Shown here: positions 12,831-27,239 of the stretch, piece by piece
Position numbering within the stretch: position 1 is the first letter of the stretch
Layout of the letters: each line of letters starts with the position of its first letter
DNA from: Magallana gigas
Taxonomy: Eukaryota
DNA: 64,000 nt
Assembly: GCF_963853765.1 (NCBI RefSeq)
Contig: NC_088854.1
Location: 8,556,001 to 8,620,000 of the forward strand
Direction: 5' to 3'
Position numbers and translations under genes: made by a program
Notes under the pieces: model-generated
The model's input: only the letters and a program-made list of their open reading frames with translations
The model's database searches: none
What the model was told of the DNA's origin: nothing

Positions 12831-14347
12831 TTTCTGGGGTACTGAGTACTACTGGCATCAGCCACAGCAGTAGCTCGCTGCCTGCTTCAATCCACCACTC
12901 GAGTATTAATGGAACGATGCCCTGTTGTTTCCGATCGACCGAACTGTCAAGTAGATTGTGTTGCATACTGTGTAACCTACTGATGGTGCAACAGTGACAG
13001 AGGTATGTGTGAGAGCAAGTGAGAGTTAATAGACGGAAAAGTTCATTAAGATGGCTTTAACCTAATTGGATAATCAGTAATATATGGGTTCCTTTTTAAT
13101 TAAAATCACACATGTAAATTACTTTGAAGTTTAATTTAATTTATTGAAGATCCTTCAACGTTTATTTTGGTCTGCTTTTCTATGTCTGTCTATTTGTTCG
13201 TCTGTCTTATGAATGTTCATCAAGTGACAGCGTGTACGGGAATTTGTGTCGATAGTTTGATGTCTATCTTGTGATGATAAACAGCTGATCAAAAATATAA
13301 GAGAATATGTAAATAATGGTGCAGTTTTATCTTATACATAATGGATTTTCTCGCACTATAAACTAGTCATTAAGTTCCGGTGAAGACTTAGCCGTTTGGT
13401 ACGAAAATAAAACCCTTACAGAAAGCGTCTTCAGCAGCGAAATCGATGGAAATCATACTGCAAACATCAGTGAAACTGATACCGATTAGAGCCGGTTTGT
13501 TGAATTATAATGCAGAGAAAGGAGAAAACGAATTTCATGATTACAGATGGAATTGTGTGCGAATAACAGTATTAAATTGGAACAGTAAGATCTCAAGTCT
13601 TCACGGAATACTTTGATGAATAACAATGAAGAATATCGTGCAGAAGTATTTTATTGTAAATGCGTATGCCATAGCAATCCAGCCAACCAGACTGAATTTA
13701 ATATTAGCATAAGGAACGTCCATTATATACTGATAAAGAACATAAACATCTATTTTCGTCTATTACAGATACACAAAAGCAGATTTAAATAAAATTTACT
13801 GTTTATTGTTTAAGAAAGGTATTCTAATTTGAAATCTAAGTAGCATCTAATTTATAATATGTAATGATTTATTAACAATACATTATCATGTAAAAAACCA
13901 AAAAACCAAAAAAAAACCACTCATAGCCAACAGTGTCTACACTATAGATTGAAATGCATTGATACATAGAGAAGAAATTGTTGCCATGTGGTCCCGTTGT
14001 CATGGTAACAGGGGAGAACAATGCACAAAATGACGATTTTAAGTTAAATTTCAGAAAAATGGTTAGAGAGGGAAAACATTAAGATAAAAAGAAAAAAAAA
14101 TGCAGAGGAAAAAAAGTTTAATCTTTTGATTGGGGAGAAGAAAGATTATGAAAAGTTATGTTTTTGAAAGGGATACTTCGGTACCCTTGAGGTCATCGTG
14201 ATTATAGTTTATTGCCCTTAAATATTTGTATATGGTTATTATAAAAAAAATTACCCTGTTGCAATGGTCAGAATATGTTAAACTAGGAAAATTTCAATTT
14301 TTATTTTTTTTAAAGATTCTTATTTCCATTTACGTACAGGGTCTTAT

Positions 14348-14841
14348 AGGGACATGGTCACGATTTTGGTCAAAAATTATTTTTTCGATTTTAATGTTTA
14401 CAATGCTTTAGTAAGGCATATTTAATAGGCAACCAAAATTTGAGTGTCATTTGATGAGTTATAAGCGAGTTACAGAGCTTACAATTCTTCGCTATGAAAA
14501 CAAAGCGTTTGTTTACATTTCGAATGTTGAAGTGATAATTCCAGTTTTCGACCTGAAATAAATGTGCTAATCGTTAGGAACTATTTATTTATGCTTTAAA
14601 TGAATAATAAGATAGACAAACCAGCTTTAAAATAGATATTTTCCTGGTATATTGAACCTATGTAAACAAAAACAGGGCACGAACCTTGTTTACATGACCA
14701 AGAATTGTGAGCCCTGTATCTTGCTTAAAAATCAACGACTGGCACCCAAATTTAATTTGATCATTAGAAATGCATTCCTAAAGCATTGCAAATAATAAAA
14801 ACAGAAAAATAAAATTTGACCAAAATCGTGACCATGCCCCT
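14348..14841. mobile_element. TTAA-flanked MITE family 1, copy 2 (opposite orientation)
   Basis: TIRs gggacatggtcacgattttggtcaaa and tttgaccaaaatcgtgaccatgcccct|ttaa. Confidence 0.82.
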
Positions 14842-15247
14842 TTAAATTATTTATGAAAAAGTATTTTTAAAACGTTTACAGGTAGAACAAAATTTAATTC
14901 TGTCAATTAAAAAAAACCCAACGATATTTCGAATGTGACCTGATTTGACAATTAAAAACATACTCGCATTTTGAAAATATACGCGGTTTATATTTTGCTT
15001 TCTTTAGTTTTCCAAAGGTCGGTATGCTTCAGGAGAAGTGTGCCCACACAAACACAAAATGTCGTCGGAATTTGCAATGAAAAAGTTACAATTTCACTGA
15101 GATTAAGAAATTAACTTGTAAGCACGAGCTTACAGTGCTCCAATGTAGCTACGCCACTGATCTAAATATAATAATACTGAACACCCTTTGCTTATTCGTA
15201 TTGTGACATATCTCTGCCCCTTGTGTGCAAGTTATTTTTCTATCAAC

Positions 15248-15310
15248 TATGTTGACATGCAAGATAATTATGTCAACATGCAACATAATTATGTTGACAT
15301 GCAAGAAAAT
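15248..15310. repeat. 21-bp minisatellite x3
   Basis: tatgttgacatgcaagataat / tatgtcaacatgcaacataat / tatgttgacatgcaagaaaat. Confidence 0.85.
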
Positions 15311-16151
15311 TCCAATCAGATAAGAATTATACAAAATCTCATAAAATCTCAAATATCACCCACCTGTTACATCCAAAATGCTAGATGCTACCTTTTTATG
15401 TTCTTTTATGTTTTATATTCAATAAAAACGAACATTTGTAAAGTGGCGAGAAAACACGCAACAGTTGTACATATCAAGAGTGTAAAATATAGAAATATCG
15501 ATTTTTAATACTAGAAAACAACAATATCTCAAGCGATGTAGAGAAGGTTTGCTTTGTCCTACATTTATATTTCGCTAATACGCAAGTACGATTCTATTTG
15601 GAACAAGCTACAATAGCAATTGTCTTATGGCAATCGTGTGTGTTCATATTTTTTTTTTGACTCATTCAAATTACAAAACAGCAGGCGGCACAAAGCAGAT
15701 CTTACCTGATCTGTCCCCTCTTCCCGCCAATTCAAAAAATACCCATGTGGCACCAATTACATCTACCATGAATATTACCATAATACACGGGGGGTAAGAC
15801 TAGATTCCATTAATCGCCTCATTCCTGTATGCTCGCATTTTATGCGTCAATATCAGATCCTTGTTTTAGACGCAAGATAGAACAGTGACCTCAATCAATG
15901 GCTTTTTTTCCAATTTTAATCTTGTAGCTAGAAACAAAAAATTTTGCGCAATTGTACAGTTTCGTCTTATGTAATGATTATTTAGTTCCATTGCAAAACA
16001 AAAATCGTGTACGAAAAGTTTCAATTTTTAATGGGACAATTTTTTCATTTTGATGGAACTTTAATCAAGTATTGAAATTCTGCAATCAATTTGATTGTCA
16101 GGACCTCCATACAGAATTACTTGTGTATCATCTAGTGCTCTGATGTACTTG

Positions 16152-16154
<3 letters not shown>

Positions 16155-16182
<28 letters not shown>
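16155..16182. repeat. (CT)14 microsatellite
   Basis: Read directly. The paralogous site in unit C (~31090) is only tctttctct. Confidence 0.95.
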
Positions 16183-16185
<3 letters not shown>

Positions 16186-17919
16186 AACGGTTAATGTTAG
16201 ACAACTTTATTCAACACTTTCAGGAACAATGTATAAAAGTGAAATCAAATTGAGCCACTTGGTCGTAATAAAAAAATAGATAAATACCTGTACACTGAGA
16301 GGACAAGAGCAAATGAAAAGAGACGATTGAGCTGACACCAGCGCCGAATCTGACAGCTCTGGTATCTATATTTATACACTTGTATCTTATAAGAATAGAC
16401 ATATATATTATAAAGTCACAGGCATCTGGCGTTATAGATTGTTCCCATAATAAAACTAAATACCCTATATCTAATAATGCACAGGTATATGTACCCATCG
16501 CTGTCATCTTGCATTTATTTCACACTGTCACATCAGGTGAAATTTTGAGTTAAAATTCATCGATAAAAATTGTTTGCGATCCTTCGTCTTCTAATCGGTT
16601 CTTCAAAATTTTAGCTTACAACTGATTCAACCAAAACGGTGCATTACATCTGTTATTAATAAAAATCATTCCCCAATCTGCATCTACTGTTTTAGGTATA
16701 CGACAAAACGCTAACGAGTAGACGGAAGTTGACGTTATTTTGTCAAACTTGTGGTAATTCCTTCCAAATATAGCACTGATACAAATATTCAAAAGACGTC
16801 TATTTGGAATTCGAACAACATACAAGTTAAAATTAAGAAAAGGGATACTACAAACTGTCAATTATAACTTTTATTTCACAAAGTTTATAAAACACATTTA
16901 AGAATGCATATATTTTGAAATAATGAAATAAACACCCGGTGCAGGGAAATCTCATTTACGTATAGGTGACAAATTCCGCCTACCCTTGACATATATCGCA
17001 GTAGATACAGATTGAGTCTTCAGATCAAGAGAGATAAAATTTAATATTTTTATCAGTAATTGTTAATTATGTTCAATTTTATAAATGGAATCAAAACATT
17101 TTTAAAAGGGAAAAATACATGGTATTTTACTGTAAAGTGCAAAAGCATGTGCAACGTAAACTTAAGTTGGCCACCGAAATTGTAACGTCAGGTAAAATAA
17201 TGCAAGTTAACGTCAGTCTGCTTGTGAAGTAGACAGCTTTTACGTTTCAAGGCATTCAAATAGTACTATCTTTTAAGAATAGATATTTCATTTAATTCAC
17301 GTAAAATGCAGCTCATAAAAAAATAAGTTGTTACAATATTGATTTTTAATTGATTAATAAAAATCCGTGGTGTGTGAGAAAAAAAATGTTTTTACATAGC
17401 ACTGTTATATTTTCTCGATATTTATAAGTATTTGTAATTAGCGTAGCTTCCATTTGACTTTTAAACACACCCAAAGCAAAGGCTTTAAAATGAAAACCTT
17501 TCATTGTTATTGAATTCAAAATATTATTCTTTATTACTTCTCAAAATCACATTATTCTTTATTACTTTTCAAAAATCACATAAACACTTGAAAACAAATA
17601 TATAACACAAACACAGTTGATTTGATGTGAAACATATTAGAAAGTGCATGATATTAAATTGGATTTATAAATAAATTAGAGATACATTTCATCTCCACAG
17701 AGAGACACAAGAGCCAACCTTGTTTAGAAACTGAATTGAAGAATCACGTGCGAAAACTTGAAATTTACATGGTGAGAAGTGATGCAACTGATATCGTTCA
17801 GTGTAATAATGACAATAATGACGATGACAGTCCACAAATATTTATATGTAATGCAGTCGGGAATATTGAGCAATAAAACAAATGTCTTGATAGAGTTTCA
17901 CTGCGAAAACTAAAATCAA

Positions 17920-20900
17920 TTATTTTGCAAGGTAGAAAACCCAAAAAACAAGATTGAATACAACATAGCAGAGAGGAAATACAATTCTTGACACTCTATC
18001 AACTCGTCGAGCTCGGTCCATGAAATCTTTCTTCGGTTGTGGTTCCGCAATCTGCATGCTTTTTCCATCTTTCTTATTGTCCTATAATAATTCGACAATC
18101 AGTTAATCTTTAATGAACAAGCAAACATATTTAACAAGGAATCTGTTCTTCTTGTTTTGTTTTTTTTTGAAAATGTGGTTTGACTTTATCTGGATTTTAA
18201 ATTCTTTAAAAAACTCGATTTCTTTACTTTGATTTTCGTTTTTCCAAGTTTACTGTAAACGTATCTTTTATTTCACCTTGAATTTATTTCGGCAGTTTTT
18301 GAGCTGACTCAAAAAAAGTCATTGCTGAGTGTCCTACAAAAACTATTTTACTTATATTAATTAATGCTATTAAATTGAAGAATCGGTTTATAATTTACTT
18401 TTTAAAGTCAATATCATAAACGCCTATTATACGTTTAGGGTATTATCATGTTGTGAGTTATCATTATAATTATTGGTATTAGAGTAAGGTACCTTAGCTT
18501 GTTTGCAATGTTTTCTTGTGTGAACGTTTATATAAGCGTATTCCAATAAAGCGGCAAATACAAACAAAAGTCCAGCAGCCAACCAGATATCAATGGCCTT
18601 TATGTAAGACAAAACCGGAAGAGAAGACCGTATGCCGGAACTCTGCGTTGTCATAGTGAGCACACAGATGACTCCTAGCGAAACCCTCGCGGGAACATGA
18701 TCCAAGTGAATCCAAAACGAGAGCCAGGAAAGGATGACAATCATCATGCTTGGAATAAACACGTGTGACATGTATAATCCCAAATTTCTTTGAATGAACA
18801 GTTTGGCTTCGAGACAGGAAAACTCTATATCTGGAATTGAAGTATAAAAATTTCTTGACCCATGTAATGATGAAAGAGCAAGGTATCCTCTTTTTTCTAG
18901 GATTAAATAAAGAGGAGTAAACTCTAAAACACCGAAGACTCCAGACCAACCAACCTCACTTCCTTGTTAGTTTTTAAAACAGACTAATACATCATTCCCA
19001 ACAAGAAACAGGGAACAAAATTAAACGCAGGAAAAAAGCATTTAATAGAATAATTCATATATGTTTAGAAGAGTTGAATGTTTACATTTGGTCAAAGCAA
19101 GTTTCATTAATGTGTTGACATACCAAAATGTCCCCATGATTTTAGAACGGAAACAACAACATTGATAACTAACCAGACATATTAAAAAATTGATGCATCT
19201 AATATAAATGAAGTAATTTTAAAACAAAAGTACATCTAATGTGTTTGATAATTGAAATTGTTCCGTTTTTTTTTCTTCTATAAAACTGTACGTTTTGATA
19301 ATTATATGATGTTACTTGTATCCAATCGATTTAACAAACCCGAAAGAAAGTAGAATGAATGTGATTGTAATTATAAACTGTCAAAAATAACATCAACGGC
19401 AACCAAAAAGAAGGGAATTTCTGACTATTATGTGTATGATGGGCGGTCAACTTGTAATAGCTAGAAGATAAATTATCCTTTCCAGCTAAAAATCCTTAAT
19501 TAGGTGTGCTTTACACAAATAGTAAATTTACATGACTAGTTCTATATTCATTATGAGCTTTGTAATTGTATCATTGTAATTTGAGCTAATATACAGCACT
19601 GCTCTTTAGATTGTTTACTATTGATATGCTCTGGTGTGATATCAAAGAACGATAATCAATTCTATATCTATATTAAGCGTTTTGTTTTATCAAATTTTAA
19701 CGAAGATCAAGTCAAATGACAAATATTTCAAATTGTTTTCCTTCTTATCTATTGTCATATAATTTTATGTCAAAAAACGAAACTCCTCAAATTTTAATTT
19801 ATTTAGCAAATATTTATTGTCCGGTTGAAGTTATTGATACAGAATGATTTGATAGCTTTTTGATAGATCAAATGCTTTAATTAAATAGTACTGTACCTAA
19901 ATACACAATGAGTGTCGTGCCATTCTGTATTATGCTTATGACAAAAGACAAGCGTAATCTGAATAACACGTCACAACTGAACTAACACGACAACATAAGA
20001 CTTACTAAACGAGTTGACGTTAGAACCGCCCTTGGTCTCCAGTGGTTTGTAGAAATAGAACTGAGGTAGCCTCTGTTCGTCGTTATCGTCAAGTTTAAAA
20101 ATAACCGGTTCTTTGGGATTCCACCTCAAGGCAACGTTCTCTTTAGAGTAAGCATCTGCAACTCAAAAACTTGTACATCATCATTCTGTTCAATTCTTTT
20201 CATAAGTATAAACGTGTCAGCATAATTCATGTAATAATAATTTGAAATTATTATTACTTAAACTTGCGATCGTTATGCAGTTTTATTTTTCAAGCAAAAT
20301 AAACTTTCTCTGTACTTATCAATTATTTTAAAATAAATACTTTTAGAACATTCTTTTAATTTTTTTTTTAGGAATTTTAGGAATTAATGTTTAGCCTCTC
20401 CTAAATTCAGAAATGTTTATTTCATCGCAATAAATAAAAGGTGTTTACATGTTTTATCTTAAATTTTCTCCGTTCCATAAACGTAAAACAGCCATCGATG
20501 TCAAGCAATATTAAACAGGTTCATGATTCGTCGTTGAGGAAACGTTCTCATTGTTAATTAGTAATTACTTACCTTTAAATAGCAAAAGCACTGCGTAATT
20601 AAAGATTTAGGTAATTTAATTTCTGATAAAACTTTTTCTTGTTCACATAGCTAATGGACTTATTGTGCCAAATGACACAGTCAGGGTTTGTTTCATATAA
20701 TAAACCTACTGTGTTTCGAAAAAAAATCCAAAATGAAAAGAACAACAATCTCTTGTTTTCCCCGAAATCTTATTCAACAGCGTTTTGAAATGCTTAAACG
20801 CCATCTTTTGATCTGTATGACCGTTGTTACAACAGTAAAAGTAGTGTGTTGCTTGAAATTACTTTCCGAGAAACCACTGCATCAGAAATACCAATATTTA

Positions 20901-23900
20901 TAACAAGGGTTATATTAATAGTAAACAAAAAATCTAAATTGCTAAAATTCTGACATCCAGACCAATAATGAGTCCTCAAGAGGGGTTGAAAGTCCAATAT
21001 AGATTTAATGCTACAATAAGTGATTCTACTATGCAATGATCACCTTCAAATAATATAGATTTGAAATTGTAAAAACCGTGACCATCGGACCAATTTTGGT
21101 ACCAAAAGAGGGTTTGAAGTTTTACATGAAAACATTTAATTCTCACAATGTTATAATTTGTGGATTAACTTTGCACGTATTCTAATATAGTGTAGATTTT
21201 GAACTGTGCAAACTGTGATCCCTGTCCACAACGGTGGCCCCAAAAATTTTCGGAGTTCAGATTAGAAATATATAGGGAAATTGTTAGAAAATACAATGTT
21301 ACATTTGGGACTTTACGATGCGATGCAAGCGACTTAATATTCTCATAAAGTCCTCATATTAAGATCAAATCAAAAGTGACCATGTTTTACTTTTTATAAT
21401 AATCATTGTCAAATATTTAGCTTGATACGATCCATAAATATACTAAAAAATCAATATGTGCCATGCAATGTTTGTGGATAGCTCGGATCTGAACGATAAT
21501 GTTTCACTACCCTGAACAATTTTATCTTTTTTTCATTCTGAGCAGGTATTACACCACTATTAAAAACGACATTACACGTTGTTGCTTTTAAACAATTTCA
21601 TCTTTATTCATTCTGAGCAGATATTAAACCACTATTAAACAGTATCTTACACGTTGTTGCTTTTTTGCTTTCAACACTTACAACTTTCCAGGAAAATATA
21701 ACAGGTCTGGTCGTCCATTGGAAAATATCGAAGATCCATCATACAAGACAGAGTTAATGATAATCTGTAAATAAGAATTACCAAAAAGTTTAATTGTTGA
21801 ATAATTTAATCTAAAATAGTCTTTATATAAAAATATTATTGTTTGCATTGATGATTTTTCTGTAAAGCAATCTTGTTGTTCAAAAGATATGGATATTTCA
21901 AATTATTAAACAACATTCTCTCATTTTGAAAAAGGTGGTCGGTATAACCAAACTTTAACTCTAAATTATAAATGCACATACTATAAGAATAGTTGTAACA
22001 ACAACAGAAAAGAAAACTATTGGTCATATTCTTGAGTAAAGTTATCAAAAATCTTCTATTTCGATTATTAAACTTTATGAGGTACTTAGTATTTGATATT
22101 GTGTCCTTATAATGTTTGAAAGGTTTAGAACAATGCTTTGGCTTCAAGGTGTCTCATCTCGCCTGAACTGCAGGCTCGGTGATACAGACATGGCAGCAAA
22201 AGAGACGAAATCTCTTAAAAAAACATTCAACTCTAGACCAACACTTGTTATGGAATACTTGATAGTAATACACACTGTCTTACTTTAACTACACTCGAAA
22301 AATGTTGAATGCAATAATGTTACTACGAAGCGTGCATTTTTAGTAATGTTATTCATCTTCTTTAACGTTTTCCAAATTTATTTAATAATTTATCTATGAT
22401 GTTTTAAATTTGATGTACAGTGAATGCATTTACAGAATTGTTAGAAAAACAAAAGGCCCATAGGCCACATCGCTCACCTGAACAACAGTTCCTTGCAACA
22501 TTCTATTTCGTAGCATATGCTATTTCTATTTTAATCTTGGAACCCCTTTCTGGGGCCCCAGTATTGGTCCGTGGATTATTGTTGGCTTTAACAATTTCGA
22601 ATCTACACTATCTCAGGATGCTTGCACAGTAATCTCACAAACTGTAGCTTTGTAGTTCTCAAAAATAATTTTTTTAAACATTTTTCATAATATACATTTC
22701 TATGTTAAACTTTGAACCCGTCTCGGGGCCCCAATATTAGTCCAGTGGGCACAGCGTTGTTGATTTAGAATCTTCATTATTTAAGGATGCTTACATAGTA
22801 ATCTCCCAAATTGAAGCATTGTAGTTTCTTGAACCTCACCACGGACCCCATTTTTATCTGGGGGCCACCATATTTTATTGTATATTTTAGCTTTTGGTTA
22901 AATAATGGCATTTCTGGTGCTGTGGTTCTCGAGAAGAATTTTTTAAAACTTTTCTCCCTACGTATTTCTATGTTAAACTTTGAACCTCGACTTGGGTCCA
23001 AGTTTTGGTCCGAGGGTCACGAATTTTACAATTTAGAATTTACTATCAATACAATCTTTGGTGTAAATATTCGCATTTCGTTTAGTTGTTCTTGAGAAGA
23101 AGATTTTTAAAAACACATACCCTATACTCACAGCTTCGTAATTATCTCCATCTTAAATTATTTTATTTAGAATCCCCATACTATAAGGATGCTTTCTATT
23201 AAGTTTGGTTAAATTTGGCCCAGTGGTTTTAGAGAAGAAATGAAAAGTATGAAAAGTTTACAGACGGACGACGGACAACAGGTGATCAGAAAAGCTCATT
23301 TGAACCTTCACTTCAGGTGAGCTAATAACGCACATTAATTAACGGTAAAAATGGGAGTTGGGGTGATTTTCACTTGGTGTTGAATTCAGTAAGGGTCATA
23401 TATAGACAGAGGCATGTCCGACCTGATGCTGTAGATGACGGAACCGTTGTTGTAGATGTGGAGAAGTTTGTTTGGGACCGTGATGGTGTGGAAGCTGGCG
23501 CTTTTCTCATTCTTGAAGAAGAGGTCAGGGATCCACACGTCACCAATACGCCTCTGGTCCAGTTCTAGGACACTGATGTTGCTGATATGAGAGAAGTTGA
23601 GGCGAGAGTCTCTCCATGTCTGTCGCAAAAACACGTTCATTGAGTAATCCTGTAACAGAATGGTGAAGGTTGAAGAATCAGAAAGATGAATTGTGACATT
23701 AATTGTGTCGGTGTTAATCCTTATTATTTCTTAAATAACGTATATAGTGTGTACTATCTTTATGGGACTCAGACAATTGTTATAACAGATTTTACTTGTG
23801 ATACATCTTTACACAATTGTGCCGTATTATATAAAAAAAAATCATTTTATAAACGTTTCAAATGGGGCAACCATAGCCTTAATCAACCTAAGAGCTTCAA

Positions 23901-25684
23901 GCAAAGTGTCATGCAGTATATATATATATAAAAATATGCCATACTATTAAAGTAGAAATGACACGTTAATCGTCGTATTTGAATTAATAAATGCCACAAC
24001 GCCTGCTTTGATGTTTTTGATAATAAAATAAAATAAAATGTTCCAAATAAAGACACAAAAAACAGGATCATACAGTTATTTCTCAAAAAAAGTATTTAGC
24101 TTATATTGGATATTAATTGCACTTTTGCGTTAGTATAAAACCGAATTATTCACACTTTCATACCATGGATATGGCACTAATGGAGTCGATACTTGTTATT
24201 TCAAGCTGAACATCAACCTCCGTTGCCACATCTACAAACAATATAATAACATCCTTGTTACATGATTGTACATATCAACCAATTAAAATTGGTTCTATAT
24301 CGCAATTTAAAGGTTTTATCAAATGTTGATATAGGGCCTTCTTTGACTAAAACACACCAATATATATAGCTACCTTTTTCGTAGTCAGGTGCAATTCCAG
24401 CGTCATATGTTGAGCTGTTCAGTAGATGATTCAAAATATCCCTTCTGAAATGTACCACAGTAATATTAAATGTTTTTGTATACAGCTTTATTATTGATAT
24501 GGGACTCTAAACCTGCTTATCAAACAAATGTTTAATATATTATATCTTAAGCGTTGTTGAATAAAATGCAGCAGTGAACTCAGCCCTAAAGGTCTTCGCG
24601 ACACATGGCAATTCTAGGACAGGTCAAGGTTGACCCAGTTGTATTGTTAAATATGTATATGTAACAGTTCTACTAACGTGTAGATTCTCAACTAAGAGTA
24701 ATATATGTTAGGAGAGATATTATAAAGAGTTAGTTGAAAATGGGTTTGGGGCACCATATAGATGTAATTTTTTTGTCAACAACACAATTTAATTTGTCAC
24801 AAATAGGACACATATCAATAATAAATCAGGAGGTGAATGATTTCAAATAAATAGTCAATGCACTTTAGTTACAATCAATCATTAATCAATTAGCAATGTT
24901 TATTTGATATCGTAAAACCAGGATACGAAATTGACAATTTTGGAAAGCTAGGGGAGTAACAATGTAAGCCACGTCAGAAATATCAAGCTTGTTGCGTGTA
25001 TTGCTGCGACAGAATAGTTGACCTTGGTCATAAAAAAAGATTTGTCCCGCATAGTTAAGTTGATGTAAACTTGCAGAATTTTAGTTTGTATTCTTGGTTA
25101 TGAAACCTTGAGAAACCAAATCAACGTTGACTTTATGATAAAACAAAAAAAATAAGACTACTTACATCGATTTCATTAAGCACAGGATGAGTGTCCTCCA
25201 TGCGATGCGAGAATACAAGATATATAAAGCAGAAAGTACTACAAGAAGTTCGTCTGATGCTTGTACTCTTTCATCATTTCATGTACGTAATAAATGAAAC
25301 GTTTACATAATTTATAAAAAAAAAAGATTCGAGATATGTTGTAAGGCGCATTTATAATCCATTCATTTTATTTTGCTTTATACGTGTAAAGAAAGGTTAA
25401 CATAAATCATATTCCTTTCATCTTTATTAAAAAAATGAAAATTGGTGTAATTTTTTCTGATAAAATCGTTTTTAACTGAGGTCGCATACAACAACCCATA
25501 CATTTATACAAAGACATAACGCTATCCTTTTATTACTTTAGATTCATTGTTATCTATATCATGCATCAGGGGGAAAAGACTTTATAAAAGCTGGAATCAA
25601 GTAATCATACCTCTGCAGCTGCTGGGACCTGACCAGGCGACCCAGCAAAAGAACAATCCACAGACTGGTGAAGAGAGTGTTCAT
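17920..25684 (-). CDS. Cys-loop ligand-gated chloride channel subunit B, 390 aa; exons 25684-25611, 24444-24374, 24231-24164, 23649-23423, 21764-21682, 20155-20006, 18830-18493, 18081-17920
   Basis: Exons of 74,71,68,227,83,150,338,162 nt (1173 nt) join in frame with canonical splice sites and the same phases as gene A. Signal peptide [20 protein letters not shown], Cys-loop [16 protein letters not shown]2 [20 protein letters not shown]4 [27 protein letters not shown]. Confidence 0.93.
22447..23326 (+). mobile_element. Helentron-associated non-autonomous element (HINE-like) with ~165-bp satellite-like array
   Basis: 5' aaacaaaaggcccataggccacatcgctcacctg. About 4 degenerate internal units, a (gacg)n microsatellite, and a 3' ggtgatcagaaaagctca...caggtgagct end forming the subterminal IR gctcacctg/caggtgagc. 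The site is empty in gene C (~38165). Confidence 0.8.
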
Positions 25685-26910
25685 CCTTGTTGTAGCTGTT
25701 GGTCAGATCATTAGGAGTCAGCGCCTTATGTAACAGGATTTTAAAGAGTTTAACAAATTGCTGTGTTTTTATGTGTGAAGCAAACAAGGAAGCTTAAAAG
25801 GGAACAACATGAATTTAGAATCTTTAGGAAACACATTAACGCACTTACATACAACCTTTTATGTTGAAATTATTGGTAAACCAACAAGTTAACCGACCCA
25901 TTCTTCTGAAATATTCATTTTATTTCAAGTGTTTACAGTAGTTATGATTTTATAGACTATTTGGTGTTGAATGTTAAAGTAGAAAAACTTTGTTTTAAAG
26001 CGGATGGAGAATTCAGAATAAAGCTTGTGAGATAACAATTTTAAAACATTTAATGATCAAAGAAAGTACAGAAGAATCCCGTTGTTATTGTCGGATTATG
26101 GATGCCTATGGCCATAACAATACGTTTGCAGTGTATTCTCACAGTATACAGAAAATATTAAACATACACAGTGTCAATGGGCATATGTACAAATGAAATC
26201 TAAAACAATGAATATGAAAACCTGAAACCATTACCTGGATGCTACATAACAAATACAATTCAATTTCTGTTTAAACAAGAGGCTATAATGTATAATATTA
26301 TAATTTGTAGAGCTCTATCCTCATCAGAAAAGAATAGCTATGTTGTTTCTAGTAAGGATTACATTGATAAGCCTAAAAAAGCCAAAAATACACAAAGTTT
26401 CTTTTAACTTGCTTACTTGCTGACTTCCTCTACATCTCTAGATCTTATTGTTGCGAATTCAAGCGAATGCGATTTACTTCCCAGAATTTCTACCGGCTAC
26501 ATAACAAAGAAACCATGTAGTTTTCTATTAAGCAAATAAAAAAGTGTTTCAGATTAAATTGAAAGAAGTATCTATAAGAGAAAATCAAACGATTCATGAG
26601 GAGAAAAACAAAGCACAATATACCAAAAATATAGCGTATGTCAAGAGAGAGAGACAGCCTGATATAAGACGCACTATATAATGGAAATCAAAGCATGGGT
26701 TACCGGAAATATTCAGATACAGATGAAAATATCCACAGGAAATAAAACGTGCTTTCAAAAATGAGAAGTAGGGTGGCAGTAGGAAAAGAAATATCAAAAG
26801 AATATTTAACAAGATACGTTGTATAGAGGAAAGTCTATAATGAATGGTTTTGAATAGTTTCAATCATTCACAAAAATCATTACAACTTACATACCTACCA
26901 CATATATATC

Positions 26911-27012
26911 AGACATGTTAACAAGGAGTTTCAACCATCGCTCCTTATAGAGACACCATGACAAAGAATTTTTACATTTGCTAGTGGATTAGACACCATG
27001 ACAAGGAATTTC
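26911..27012. repeat. ~40-bp tandem repeat (2-3 units) upstream of gene B
   Basis: agacaccatgacaa(a/g)gaattt at 26951 and 26991, with a degenerate unit at 26911. Confidence 0.7.
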
Positions 27013-27239
27013 AGCCATTTAAAAAATGATGCAATTCATGGTTTCAATACATAAGTTAAAGAAAATATAACAAAATATTCTGTGTAAGTAATTATCGTAT
27101 ACAAATTATCAGTTCATACTCAAAGAGAATTAAATTCTATAAACAATTAACATTGATAAAAATGATTTGTCCTTGGTGTTTAAACGAAAGCTCGCTCTTA
27201 ATTTTTCTTCAATACACTGTATTAGCACAAGAATCAGCG

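Noticed and set aside
17916-18098. ORF-track peptide [13 protein letters not shown]... taken as the last exon of gene B
   Set aside because: Wrong frame. The frame starting at the acceptor (18081) gives the M4 helix [15 protein letters not shown]..., matching genes A and C.
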